Shown here: positions 28,990 through 38,154 of the stretch, one piece after another
How positions within the stretch are numbered: position 1 is the first letter of the stretch
How the letters are laid out: every line of letters begins with the position of its first letter
DNA from: Mycobacteriales bacterium
Lineage (GTDB): Bacteria > Actinomycetota > Actinomycetes > JALYNC01
NCBI GenBank assembly: GCA_051000715.1
Contig: JBPCOB010000133.1
Coordinates: 1 to 44,690 of the forward strand
DNA: 44,690 nucleotides
Direction: 5' to 3'
The notes under the pieces: model-generated
What the model was told of the DNA's origin: nothing
Databases searched by the model: none
What the model saw: only the letters and a program-made list of their open reading frames with translations
Program-made: the position numbers and the translations under genes

Positions 28990-29928
28990 ATGCCTACCCC
29001 CTACACGGGCTCCCGTAGCGGTCCGGCCACCACGGTGGCCGACCTCATCGGCAACCCGAAACTGATCCCGGCGCGGATTACGTCGTGGCTGAACAACGCG
29101 TTCCTCTCTGCCGCGCTGCTGCGCGACGCGGGTCCGAACGCGAACAGTCTCGTGGCTTATGAGGAGTCGACCCCGCTGTATCTCGACGGTGACCCGGAGA
29201 TCGTCGGCGAGTTCGGCGAGATCCCAGTCAAGGCTGGACAGCTGGGGTTGTCGCGCATCGCTACTGGCACCCCGAAGGGTCTCGCCGTGCGGGTTTCCCG
29301 CCGTCAGCGTGACATGAACCAGGTGGACCGGATCAACCAGCAGATCATCCAGTTGGTCAACACGCTGGTTCGTGACGATGAGCGGGCGTTGCGACTCCTG
29401 TTCGACAACCCGGCTATCCCGAGCATCGCAGCCGGTGCGGCATGGGACACGGCCACTGGCCGCCCCCGGCGTGACTTCGCGAACGCAATGGAGGTCGTCG
29501 CTTCTGCCCGCCCCGCGGGTACGGCTGCGGCGGATGCCAACTTTGGCTTCCTCGCCGACACCGTGGTGTTGCCGGGCACCATCACCCCGGTGCTGATGGA
29601 CAACGACAACTTTGCGTCCATCTATAACAAGGACTCGCTGGCCAGTGAGGACATCGCCTATACGGGCAAGTTGCCGAACAGGGTGATGAACTTGGACGCC
29701 TTGCAGTCGCGGTCGTTCGCCACGAACAAGGTCCTGGTGATCGAGCGGGGCACGGTCGGGTTCTTCTCCGACTTCCAGGCGCTCATGATCACCGAGACCT
29801 ACCCGGAGGGCAACGGTCCTAACGGTGGGCCGACGCAGACGTGGCGTGCGGATGCTACCCGTGAGCGGGTGGTGGCTGCTGACCAGCCGCTGGCCGCGTG
29901 TTGGATCACTGGCGTGACCACCCCGTAA
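28990..29928 (+). CDS. major capsid protein (HK97-fold class)
   Basis: ORF 28990..29928. Supported by position, by size (312 aa) and by its strong RBS. Confidence 0.75.
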   Translation: MPTPYTGSRSGPATTVADLIGNPKLIPARITSWLNNAFLSAALLRDAGPNANSLVAYEESTPLYLDGDPEIVGEFGEIPVKAGQLGLSRIATGTPKGLAVRVSRRQRDMNQVDRINQQIIQLVNTLVRDDERALRLLFDNPAIPSIAAGAAWDTATGRPRRDFANAMEVVASARPAGTAAADANFGFLADTVVLPGTITPVLMDNDNFASIYNKDSLASEDIAYTGKLPNRVMNLDALQSRSFATNKVLVIERGTVGFFSDFQALMITETYPEGNGPNGGPTQTWRADATRERVVAADQPLAACWITGVTTP

Positions 29929-29957
29929 CCATCGCCTACGTAAGAGGAGAACAGGAA

Positions 29958-30227
29958 ATGAGCATCGAGATGAGCGACATCAAGGCAGGCAGCTACGAGC
30001 TGACGGCGTTGCAGTGGGACGAGATCACGTCGAAGCCGGGGCAGCCGCTCGACTTCCATCGGCACCGTCGGGGCGACACGGTTTCGCTGGATGTGGAGCA
30101 GGCTCGGCGCCTGGTCACTGCGGGTGCTGTGCGCAAGCCCGGTGCCGATGGTGAGTCGGTGGTGCCGGGCTCTGAGCCGAGCACCGCGCCTGGTGGCGAT
30201 GCTCGGTCGGTACCCAAGGGTAAGTAG
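29958..30227 (+). CDS. hypothetical head-associated protein (89 aa)
   Basis: ATG 29958 follows AAGAGGAGAA. Frame of ORF 29898..30227. Confidence 0.6.
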   Translation: MSIEMSDIKAGSYELTALQWDEITSKPGQPLDFHRHRRGDTVSLDVEQARRLVTAGAVRKPGADGESVVPGSEPSTAPGGDARSVPKGK

Positions 30228-30233
30228 CGTCTC

Positions 30234-30587
30234 GTGCTGTTCACCGCCGCGGAGTTGAGCGACTTCTTGCACGGTCCTGTGACACCCGAGGCTGCGGTGT
30301 CGGTGGAGCGGGTGGTGTGGGGTTGGCTCAAGCCCGTGCTGGGTGTGAGTGCGCGTCCGGATCCGGTGCCCGCTGAGGTGTGGTCGTGGGCGATCGAGTT
30401 GGGTGCGATCGCGCACGAGAATCCCGCGGGCCTCACGTTGTACCAGTTGGGTACGGAGCGTTCGCAGTTCTCTGCGGAGCGCCGGGGCGCGATCCTTGCC
30501 GAGGCTTCCGACGAGGGCGTGTCGGGTAGCGGTTCGCCGCGCGGGTCGTTCCCCCCTCCACTGGCGTGGCCGGACCCGATCCAGTGA
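30234..30587 (+). CDS. head-tail connector/adaptor protein
   Basis: ORF 30234..30587. Supported by position and size. Confidence 0.55.
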   Translation: MLFTAAELSDFLHGPVTPEAAVSVERVVWGWLKPVLGVSARPDPVPAEVWSWAIELGAIAHENPAGLTLYQLGTERSQFSAERRGAILAEASDEGVSGSGSPRGSFPPPLAWPDPIQ

Positions 30588-30934
30588 TCCGGCTCGCTGA
30601 TCAGGCAGTGGTGTTGCAGCCTGCCGTGAAGATCGACCCGTACACCGAGGCCGAGACTCCGGACTGGACGAAGCCACCGCGTTCTGAGTTGGCGACCCCG
30701 ATCAAGGTGCAGCCGTACTCGTTGAGGTTCTCCACTGAGGCGGTCCTGACGGCGGGGACCGTGGTCTCCCGCTGGGAGGCGTGGCTACCGCCGTCGTTCG
30801 ACGGCACCATCGACTCGTCGTGGCGGGTCCGTTGGGATGGCGACGACTACGACATCGACGGCGAGATCGGTCGGTGGAAGACGCGTGGTGTTGTGCGCTA
30901 CCTCACTTGCACAATCAAGCTGGTGACCGGCTGA
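30584..30934 (+). CDS. head closure/head-tail joining protein
   Basis: GTG 30584 with GTGA overlap (alternative start 30566). Motif is WRVRWDGDDYDIDGEI. Confidence 0.55.
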   Translation: MIRLADQAVVLQPAVKIDPYTEAETPDWTKPPRSELATPIKVQPYSLRFSTEAVLTAGTVVSRWEAWLPPSFDGTIDSSWRVRWDGDDYDIDGEIGRWKTRGVVRYLTCTIKLVTG

Positions 30935-31329
30935 TGGCGAACGCACTGATGCCCCGCACTGTCGCCCTGGTCAACGAGTGGCTGAAAGCGCAGCCTGCGA
31001 TCACAGCGGTCTGCGGGAAGCGGATTTCCTACGCGCTCGGCGGCACTTATCCGGCGATCAGGCTGGCCGATATCGGCCCGATCACCCGTGGCCCGGAGGA
31101 GGCGCTTCGCCGGATCCAGGTGGAGTGCTGGGCCGACGACTACGACACGGCTGAACGTCTCGCGGCAACCGTCGAGTCGGTGCTCCCGGAAGCGGTCGGG
31201 GCGTGGCCGTCCGGCTACTGCGCGGGCGGCTCGGTCGAGTCCGGCCCGTTCGCTAGCCCTGACCCGAACTCGGTGCGGTACCGGCATCAGCTCGATGTCG
31301 CACTGTGGCTGTACCCGTCCACTATCTAA
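30934..31329 (+). CDS. tail completion/neck protein
   Basis: ATG 30934 overlaps the upstream stop. Frame of ORF 30781..31329. Confidence 0.5.
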   Translation: MANALMPRTVALVNEWLKAQPAITAVCGKRISYALGGTYPAIRLADIGPITRGPEEALRRIQVECWADDYDTAERLAATVESVLPEAVGAWPSGYCAGGSVESGPFASPDPNSVRYRHQLDVALWLYPSTI

Positions 31330-31344
31330 GAGAGAGAGCAGATC

Positions 31345-31539
31345 ATGGCTGACATTTTCATCGCCAAGGAGCCGATCTTCATCGGTCGCGCCCGCGCCCA
31401 CAACACGGGTGACGTGGTTCCCGCGTCGAACGTCAAGCGAAACGGCTGGGAGGACTTGGTCGCGAAGCAGGGCACGAAGGCTGCTGACGCGGTTGCTCCC
31501 GTGCCGAGCACGCCTGACTTGAAGACCGACAAGAAGTGA
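31345..31539 (+). CDS. hypothetical protein (64 aa)
   Basis: ORF 31345..31539. Confidence 0.5.
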   Translation: MADIFIAKEPIFIGRARAHNTGDVVPASNVKRNGWEDLVAKQGTKAADAVAPVPSTPDLKTDKK

Positions 31540-31724
31540 CGGCTACGACCCCGGATGAGCTCACCGTGCGAATCGGGGACGTCTCGGAGATGGCTGCGCT
31601 GATGTTTGCGCTGGGACGGCTCCACCAGGCGATGAGCGAGGAGACGGTGCTTGCGATGACGGATGCGGAGGCTCGTGCCTACGTGAACCTGCAGGACGCG
31701 ATGCGTCGTGTCGGCGCCCTCTGA
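31536..31724 (+). CDS. hypothetical protein (62 aa)
   Basis: ORF 31536..31724 with GTGA overlap. Confidence 0.5.
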   Translation: MTATTPDELTVRIGDVSEMAALMFALGRLHQAMSEETVLAMTDAEARAYVNLQDAMRRVGAL

Positions 31725-32068
31725 TGGACGGCTTGCGGTTCATCATCGACGCGGCCGAGGTTGACGATCTGTTGGATGGTCCGGAGGTTGAGGACCTGCT
31801 TCAGGAGGTCGGCGACATGGTTGCTGACCGTGCGTCCGAGCACGCCCCGAAGGATTCCGGTGAAGGCGCCGCGTCGATCCATGCCGAGGTGCACCGCGGC
31901 GATGACGCGACAGCGTTCCCGTCCACGTTCACCCCTGAGGACGATGTTCCCACTGCGTACATCGGATGGGACGAAGACCATTTCTATATGGGTTTCGCGG
32001 AAACAGGCACCGAGCACCAGCCGGCGCGCCCGTTTCTTCGGCCTGCCTTAGATCAGACCAACATCTGA
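31724..32068 (+). CDS. HK97 gp10-like tail/neck component
   Basis: The C-terminal motif GTEHQPARPFLRPAL is typical of the gp10 family. Confidence 0.6.
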   Translation: MDGLRFIIDAAEVDDLLDGPEVEDLLQEVGDMVADRASEHAPKDSGEGAASIHAEVHRGDDATAFPSTFTPEDDVPTAYIGWDEDHFYMGFAETGTEHQPARPFLRPALDQTNI

Positions 32069-32138
32069 CCCAACCCCCCGATTCACCCCACGCCGCCTGG
32101 TGCTGGGGCAGTCAACCATGCCCGAAGGAGACATCACC

Positions 32139-32717
32139 ATGGCAAGAGGAAACCCACTGAACGTAGCGCTTGGGCCCGGCGTATTGCGCGTCGCGTCGCT
32201 CGGCTCCGCGATCCCGACGAACCTCGATGACATCTGGGCCGTCGCCTGGACCCCGCTGGGTTACACGCTGGAGGGCTCGTCGCAGTCCTACGCACCCGCC
32301 TATGACGACGTGGACGTCGCCGAGGAACTGGAGGCGCTCGACTCCGTGGCGACTGGCCGCACCCTGTCGGTGTCGTTCGGGCTCGCGGAGAACACGGCGA
32401 AGAACCTGAAGCTCGCCTACAACGGCGGCGTGGTGACGTTCGTCCCTGCCGGGACGGCGCCGGTCACCAGGGCGTTTACGCGGTTCGAGCCGCCGGAGTT
32501 GGGTGTCGAGCTGCTCACGATGATCGGCTTCGAGTCCGAGGACGGCAAGGAGCGGATCGTGTGGAAGCAGTGCAAGCAGACCGGGTCGGTGGAGACGGCC
32601 CGCCGCAAGGGGGCTGAGAAAGCGGGGATTCCGTGCGAGTTTCGCGCTTTCAAGCCCGCGGACGGCACGGCTCCGTTCACCCGCATGTCAACTCGTGGCA
32701 CGGACGGGGTCATCTGA
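32139..32717 (+). CDS. major tail protein
   Basis: ATG 32139 follows GAAGGAG. Frame of ORF 32100..32717. It sits directly upstream of the chaperone pair and tape measure. Confidence 0.65.
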   Translation: MARGNPLNVALGPGVLRVASLGSAIPTNLDDIWAVAWTPLGYTLEGSSQSYAPAYDDVDVAEELEALDSVATGRTLSVSFGLAENTAKNLKLAYNGGVVTFVPAGTAPVTRAFTRFEPPELGVELLTMIGFESEDGKERIVWKQCKQTGSVETARRKGAEKAGIPCEFRAFKPADGTAPFTRMSTRGTDGVI

Positions 32718-33241
32718 TGCGGTCCTACAAGGCCGCCCGCCGCGCGGCGTTGAAGGAGCCTGTCGAGTTCGACTACGAGTACGTGACCACCGAGCCGGTG
32801 GTCGACGAGGACGGGGCGCCGGTTGCCGCACCGGACGGTGTTCCGGTCACCCGCGAGGTGGAGAAGTCGGAGCATTTTGTCTGCAAGGGCGAGGTGTCGG
32901 CGCTGACCTTGTCCGAGTTCGCCTACAACGCCGACGTGGACAGCGCGACCCTTGAGGGGGCTGCGTTGGTGCGGCAGTTTTTCGGTGAGGCGTTCGGGGA
33001 TGAGAAGGAGTATCAGCGGTTCTTCCGGCTGCACATCCGCCACGGTGACGATGACCTCCTGATGGACATCCTGTCCGGGCTGGCGGAGGACTTTACGGGG
33101 CGCCCTACGAAGCGGCCCTCGGACTCGCCTGCTACGCCGTCGGAGACGATGGTGTCTGGGCAGAGCTTGAAGGTCGTCTCCTTGTCGCGGGGCACGGTGG
33201 TGCAGGGCGAAGTGGTGGACCAGGAGGTCTCCTCGGCCTGA
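32717..33241 (+). CDS. tail assembly chaperone (G)
   Basis: ATG 32717 overlaps the major tail stop. It is an acidic protein immediately upstream of the tape measure. Confidence 0.7.
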   Translation: MRSYKAARRAALKEPVEFDYEYVTTEPVVDEDGAPVAAPDGVPVTREVEKSEHFVCKGEVSALTLSEFAYNADVDSATLEGAALVRQFFGEAFGDEKEYQRFFRLHIRHGDDDLLMDILSGLAEDFTGRPTKRPSDSPATPSETMVSGQSLKVVSLSRGTVVQGEVVDQEVSSA

Positions 33242-33432
33242 CGGCCCGGGAGTTCTGCGACTTCGTCTACCACTGCCTACGCACGGATTCTGACCTGATC
33301 GCTTCGCTGGCGACCGAGTCGGCGGAGAACGTGCTCGACGCGCGGGTCGACCTCGATGAGCGTCTCGAAGGTTCCGGGGTCACGTCCTTGTCCGACCCTG
33401 ACCGTGAAGCGATGTGGGCGCAGATGAGCTAG
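32717..33432 (+). CDS. tail assembly chaperone G-T fusion via programmed -1 frameshift (slip site not pinpointed)
   Basis: The -1 frame is open from at least 33139 to the TAG at 33430-33432. It encodes TAREFCDFVYHCLRTDSDLIASLATESAENVLDARVDLDERLEG.... This is the canonical position between G and the tape measure. Confidence 0.55.
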
Positions 33433-33453
33433 CCCCCGGAAGGACGGTGGACG

Positions 33454-36400
33454 ATGGCGCGCACTCTCGGTTCTGCGTTTGTCCAGATCCGCCCTGACAC
33501 GTCGTCGTTCGGCCCGGAGCTGAAGAAGGGCGTCAACTCCGCGGATTCGGCGAAGGTCGGCGAGGCTGCGGGCACGAAGATGGGTGCCGGGGTCACATCG
33601 AAGCTGGGTCATGCGGCGAAGGTCGGTGGTCTGCTGATCGGTGGCGCCGCGGTGGCGGGGGCTTACGCGTTCACGAAGCGGGCGGTCGGTCTGGAGCAGG
33701 ACTTCGGCCGGACCATGAACCAGCTTCAGGCAGCGACGGACACCCCCAAGCGGGGTATGAAGTCGCTGTCTGATCTGGCGATCAAGATGGGCGCCGACAC
33801 GGTGTTCTCGGCCTCGGATGCGTCGCAGGCGATGTTGGAGCTCGCTAAGGGCGGGATGAATGCCGCGCAGATCAAGAGCGGGGCGTTGAAGTCGTCGCTG
33901 ACGTTGGCGGCGGCTGGCGGGATCGACATGGCGGACGCTGCGTCCACCATGGGCAACGCGATGCACGCCTTCAACATCCCGGCCGGTCAGTCGGCGACGG
34001 TGGCGGCGGCGCTCGCCGGGGCTGCGAACGCGTCGAGTGCGAGCGTCGGGTCGGTCGCGCTCGGGTTGCAGCAGGCGGGCACGGTGGCCGCGGATGCTGG
34101 CTTCACGATTCAGGAGACGACGGGTGCGATCGCGGCCCTGTCCAACGCGGGGATCGCCGGCTCTGATGCTGGTACGTCGCTGAAGACGATGTTTTCTCGG
34201 CTTCAGCCGACTACGAAGTCGGCGCGGGATGCGTTCGAGGCGTTCGGACTGTCGAGCTACCAGTCCTCGGGTTCGATGAAGGAGCTGGCGACGAAGGGCA
34301 TCAAGCCGGCGTCCACGTCGATTGATGACGTGTCGAACGCGATCCGCAAGTATCTGGTGCGTTCGGGTGAGGCGACGGCGGGGACCGCGAAGCTCGAAGC
34401 GAAGACTAAGGACATGTTGTACACGACGGGGTTCATGTCGAACGCGTTCGTCAAGCAGAACGGGGAGTTCAAGTCCCTCGGCGCGATCTCGGGCGTGTTG
34501 AAGGACAAGTTCTCTGGCATGTCGGACTCTGAGCGGGCGGCGGCGTTGAACACGTTGTTCGGCTCGGATGCTCGCCGTGCCGCGACGGTCCTGACCAATG
34601 AGGGCACCAAGGGGCTGGCGAAGTACGTGAAGGCCACGTCGGACAAGACTGCGGCCGAGCGGATGGGCCACGCGGCGATGAAGGGCACCGCCGGCGCCAT
34701 GGAGGCGATGAAGGGTTCGATCGAGACGACTTCGCTGGCGTGGGGGATGGCGATCAAGCCGCTGACGATGTTCGCCGCGCATGTGGTGACCGATATCGCG
34801 AACCGCGCGACCCCGATCATCCAGGACTTGGGCGTGAAGCTGAAGACCTTCTTGAAGGGCGTCGACTTGTCGGGCGGCATCAAGAAGGCGATGGGCAGTG
34901 TGGACATCGGCGCGATTTTCGCGCGGATCAAGACCTCGGTCGCTGGCGTCGACTGGGCGTCGATAGGCGCGGGACTGTCGAAGCTTTTTGCGCGGATCAA
35001 GACGGCTGTGACCGGGATCAACTGGGCTGGTGTCGGCTCGGACATCGGCGCGATTTTCGCGCGGATCAAGACGGCTGTGACCGGGATCAACTGGGCGTCG
35101 ATAGGCGCGGGCATGTCGAAAATCTTCGCGCGGGACTGGGGGTCGATAGGCACGGACATGGCGAAAATCGGCGCGTCCCTACGGGGTGTCGACTGGTCGG
35201 CGTTGCCGAAGGCGTTCGGGAAAAGTGTCTCGGACTCGATCTCGGTGTTCGCGGTGGTGATCGGCTTCGCTGCCCGGCACGTGGGGACGTTAGCGAGGGC
35301 GATGCCGTTCCTGATCGCCGCGTTCGTCGCCTACAAGGCGGCGCAGGCCGCGTCGAGCCTGGTGGATCTGGCGCATCTGCCGATTACGGCGGCGATGCTG
35401 GTCAGCAACGTCGCGCTGGCCCGGTCCAACGGCCGGCTGGCGACGCAGATGGCGATCACGAACGGTGTGGAACGGACCACCATGGTGACCCGCGCCCGGT
35501 CAGCGGTGGCGACGGTCGCCTCAGCCGTGGCGCAACGGGTCGCGGCGGGTGCGTCACGGGTGTGGGCGTTGGCGACCCGTACCGCGACCGCGGCCACGAA
35601 CACGGACACGCTCGCCACGATCCGGCAGCGGATCGCTACCGCCGCCTCGGCGGTCGCGCAGCGGGTGGCAGCGGGTGCAACACGCTTGTGGGCGATCGCG
35701 ACACGTAGTCAGACAGCGGCCACGAACACGACGACCGCGGCCACGATCCGGCAGCGGGTCGCGACGGTCGCATCCACGGTGGCTACCAAGGTCGCCGCGG
35801 TGGCGACGAAGGGCATGGCCATCGCGCAGCGGGTCTTGAACCTCGCGATGCGCGCCAACCCGATCGGGCTCGTGATCACCGCGCTGTTGTTGCTGGGGAC
35901 TGGGCTCGTCGTCGCCTACAAGAAGTCGGAGACTTTCCGCAAGATTGTAGACGGCGCGTTGAGTGCGGTTACCAATGCCGGGGAGGCGACGGTCGGCTGG
36001 TTCACGAATCATCTGGTTCCGTTTTTCACGACCACGATCCCGAAGGCGTTCCGGTCGACAGTCACGTGGGTCAAGGGGCATTGGCCGGTGATCTTGGCGA
36101 TCATCACCGGCCCCATCGGACTGGCGACGTTGTTCATCGCCAAGCACATGGACAAGATCACCGAGAAGTTCAAGGCGGTCGGGGACTGGGTTCGTGGCGG
36201 GTTCAACAAAAGCTGGTCGGGCTTGACCAACATCCTGACCAGCCCGGTGCAGACGGCTCGTGATGTGTTCGGGAGCCTGCTCGGCAGCGGTGGGAAGGTT
36301 CGGACGATCTTCTCCGGTGCGGTGTCTGCGATCGGCGGGATCTGGTCGCGGCTCCAGAACCTGATGGCAGCCCCGGTCAACTGGATCATCAAGAACGTGA

Positions 36401-38154
36401 TCAACCGGCTGGTCAACGCCGTCAACACGGTGGCCAAGTCACTGGGCGTCTCATCGCCGCTGCACACGTTGGGCATGGTCGGGGGCGGTAGCAAGTCGAC
36501 CGGCCACGCAGCATCCAACCCGGGCGGGTCGAGCGCGCAGCGCAAGAACGCGTTCGCGGCCGGTGGCGTCCTGCCTGGTTTCACGCCGGGCCGCGACGTG
36601 CACCACTACACCTCCCCGACCGGCGGCGCACTGTCGCTGTCGGGTGGTGAGGCGTTCATGGTCCCGGAGTGGACTCGTGCGGTCGGTGGTGCCGGTGCGG
36701 TGAAGACGATGAACGCGGCCGCTCGCTACGGCCGGAAGATGAGTTTCTCCAAGGGCGGCGTGATGCCTGCTTATGGCCGCACCACGTATGGCGGTAAGAC
36801 CGTCGACTGGCTCACCAAGTATGCTCTCATGGCTACTAGTAGGCGCCTGGGTTACGGGCCGTCTCTCACTCAGGGTTCGTACAACCCGGGCGGTGTGTCC
36901 GCCTCTGGCGGCACCCATGATGGTGGCGGTGTAGTCGACCTTTCCGCGTCGGACGGGCTGCGCAAGGTCCGCGCGTTGCGTATGACCGGGTTCGCTGCTT
37001 GGCGCAGGCCGACCATCCCTGGCCTGTGGAGTAAGCACATTCACGCTGTCCTCATCAGCAACGCGTTGTTGTCCGGCGCCGCCCGCGCACAAGTGGGCGC
37101 CTATCGTGCGCACAGGGACGGCCTCGCCGGCAACGCTTACGACCCGACGTGGCGGCCCAACTCGATCCCTTGGTTCACGACGAGGACTGACGCGACCCAG
37201 CCCGGGTGGCGGCACCTGTCTGGGCAGGGTCTCGCTGGCATCGGAGCGCTGATTGCCGCCCGCCTTGCGGGCGGCAAGGCTCCGTCCGGTGGGGCGGTGC
37301 CTAAGGGGTTCGCGGGCGCGTCCGGCACTGGCGAAGCCACCGCGAGCGGTGGCGGGTCGCGCTTCAACCCGCTGTCGGCAACCCGTAATCTGTTGGACCG
37401 GATCGGCGGCACGCTGGGCAGGGTGCCTGGTGGTGCGGTGGGCGCGATGCTCGCCAAAGGTACGTTCAAGCTGCTCAGTGGTGGGGCGACGAAGTGGGCT
37501 GGCGGCCAGGCGGTGAACGCGGCTGCGGGTATCGCGACGCATGGGATGCCAGGTCTGCTCCAGGTGGCGAAGCTGTTCCATAGCCTGTCCGGTTCGTCTC
37601 CACAGCAGACGGTGCGGTCCATGATGGGTGCCTACGGGTGGGGTGCGAACCAGTGGCCGAGCCTGAATGCGCTAGTCCAAGGCGAGTCGGGCTGGAACCC
37701 GTCCGCCCGGAACCCGTACTCGTCTGCGGCAGGGCTATTTCAGAAGATGACGAGCCTGCATGGCGCGTTGGAGAAGACTGTCGCCGGACAGGCCGGGTGG
37801 GGCTTGGGTTACATCAAGAGCTCCTACGGGTCGCCGGCGAACGCGTACGCGAAGTGGAGTTCGCGTAACCCGCACTGGTACGACGACGGCGGGGAGGCCC
37901 GGGGCATCGGCTTCATGCCGAAGAACATAATCAACCCCGAGCGGGTGCTCTCACCTCGTCAGACCGACCTGCACGACCGGCAGACAGTTGCATTGGAGCG
38001 GTTGGCGGCGCGCGGGGGTAGCGGGAACGGCGGGACTGCGGTGTTCAACCTCTACGACGCCGACGGCGCGCTGATCGGCCGGATGCGTGGGGTGGCTCGT
38101 GATGAGGTCGCCGCCGACCGTGACTTCGCCGGCACCCGGGGGCGTGCCCGGTGA
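33454..38154 (+). CDS. tape measure protein (1566 aa) with embedded LAS/M15-like metallopeptidase motif and transglycosylase-like motif
   Basis: ORF 33454..38154. Motifs are GGTHDGGGVVDL...WSKHIHAV (H-x6-D...HxH, about 36890-37060) and WPSLNALVQGESGWNPSARNPYSSAAGLFQ (about 37650-37745). There are TM-like segments mid-protein. Confidence 0.85.
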   Translation: MARTLGSAFVQIRPDTSSFGPELKKGVNSADSAKVGEAAGTKMGAGVTSKLGHAAKVGGLLIGGAAVAGAYAFTKRAVGLEQDFGRTMNQLQAATDTPKRGMKSLSDLAIKMGADTVFSASDASQAMLELAKGGMNAAQIKSGALKSSLTLAAAGGIDMADAASTMGNAMHAFNIPAGQSATVAAALAGAANASSASVGSVALGLQQAGTVAADAGFTIQETTGAIAALSNAGIAGSDAGTSLKTMFSRLQPTTKSARDAFEAFGLSSYQSSGSMKELATKGIKPASTSIDDVSNAIRKYLVRSGEATAGTAKLEAKTKDMLYTTGFMSNAFVKQNGEFKSLGAISGVLKDKFSGMSDSERAAALNTLFGSDARRAATVLTNEGTKGLAKYVKATSDKTAAERMGHAAMKGTAGAMEAMKGSIETTSLAWGMAIKPLTMFAAHVVTDIANRATPIIQDLGVKLKTFLKGVDLSGGIKKAMGSVDIGAIFARIKTSVAGVDWASIGAGLSKLFARIKTAVTGINWAGVGSDIGAIFARIKTAVTGINWASIGAGMSKIFARDWGSIGTDMAKIGASLRGVDWSALPKAFGKSVSDSISVFAVVIGFAARHVGTLARAMPFLIAAFVAYKAAQAASSLVDLAHLPITAAMLVSNVALARSNGRLATQMAITNGVERTTMVTRARSAVATVASAVAQRVAAGASRVWALATRTATAATNTDTLATIRQRIATAASAVAQRVAAGATRLWAIATRSQTAATNTTTAATIRQRVATVASTVATKVAAVATKGMAIAQRVLNLAMRANPIGLVITALLLLGTGLVVAYKKSETFRKIVDGALSAVTNAGEATVGWFTNHLVPFFTTTIPKAFRSTVTWVKGHWPVILAIITGPIGLATLFIAKHMDKITEKFKAVGDWVRGGFNKSWSGLTNILTSPVQTARDVFGSLLGSGGKVRTIFSGAVSAIGGIWSRLQNLMAAPVNWIIKNVINRLVNAVNTVAKSLGVSSPLHTLGMVGGGSKSTGHAASNPGGSSAQRKNAFAAGGVLPGFTPGRDVHHYTSPTGGALSLSGGEAFMVPEWTRAVGGAGAVKTMNAAARYGRKMSFSKGGVMPAYGRTTYGGKTVDWLTKYALMATSRRLGYGPSLTQGSYNPGGVSASGGTHDGGGVVDLSASDGLRKVRALRMTGFAAWRRPTIPGLWSKHIHAVLISNALLSGAARAQVGAYRAHRDGLAGNAYDPTWRPNSIPWFTTRTDATQPGWRHLSGQGLAGIGALIAARLAGGKAPSGGAVPKGFAGASGTGEATASGGGSRFNPLSATRNLLDRIGGTLGRVPGGAVGAMLAKGTFKLLSGGATKWAGGQAVNAAAGIATHGMPGLLQVAKLFHSLSGSSPQQTVRSMMGAYGWGANQWPSLNALVQGESGWNPSARNPYSSAAGLFQKMTSLHGALEKTVAGQAGWGLGYIKSSYGSPANAYAKWSSRNPHWYDDGGEARGIGFMPKNIINPERVLSPRQTDLHDRQTVALERLAARGGSGNGGTAVFNLYDADGALIGRMRGVARDEVAADRDFAGTRGRAR
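34900..35160 (+). repeat. tandem coding repeats in the tape measure (IGAIFARIKTAVTGINWASIGAG units)
   Basis: gacatcggcgcgattttcgcgcggatcaagac occurs at 34903 and 35041. gcgcggatcaagacggctgtgaccgggatcaactggg occurs at about 34990 and 35059. Confidence 0.85.
35515..35830 (+). repeat. ~126-bp tandem coding repeat, about 2.5 copies, in the tape measure
   Basis: The units are VASAVAQRVAAGASRVWALATRTATAATNTDTLATIRQRIAT and AASAVAQRVAAGATRLWAIATRSQTAATNTTTAATIRQRVAT, followed by a partial copy. Confidence 0.85.
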
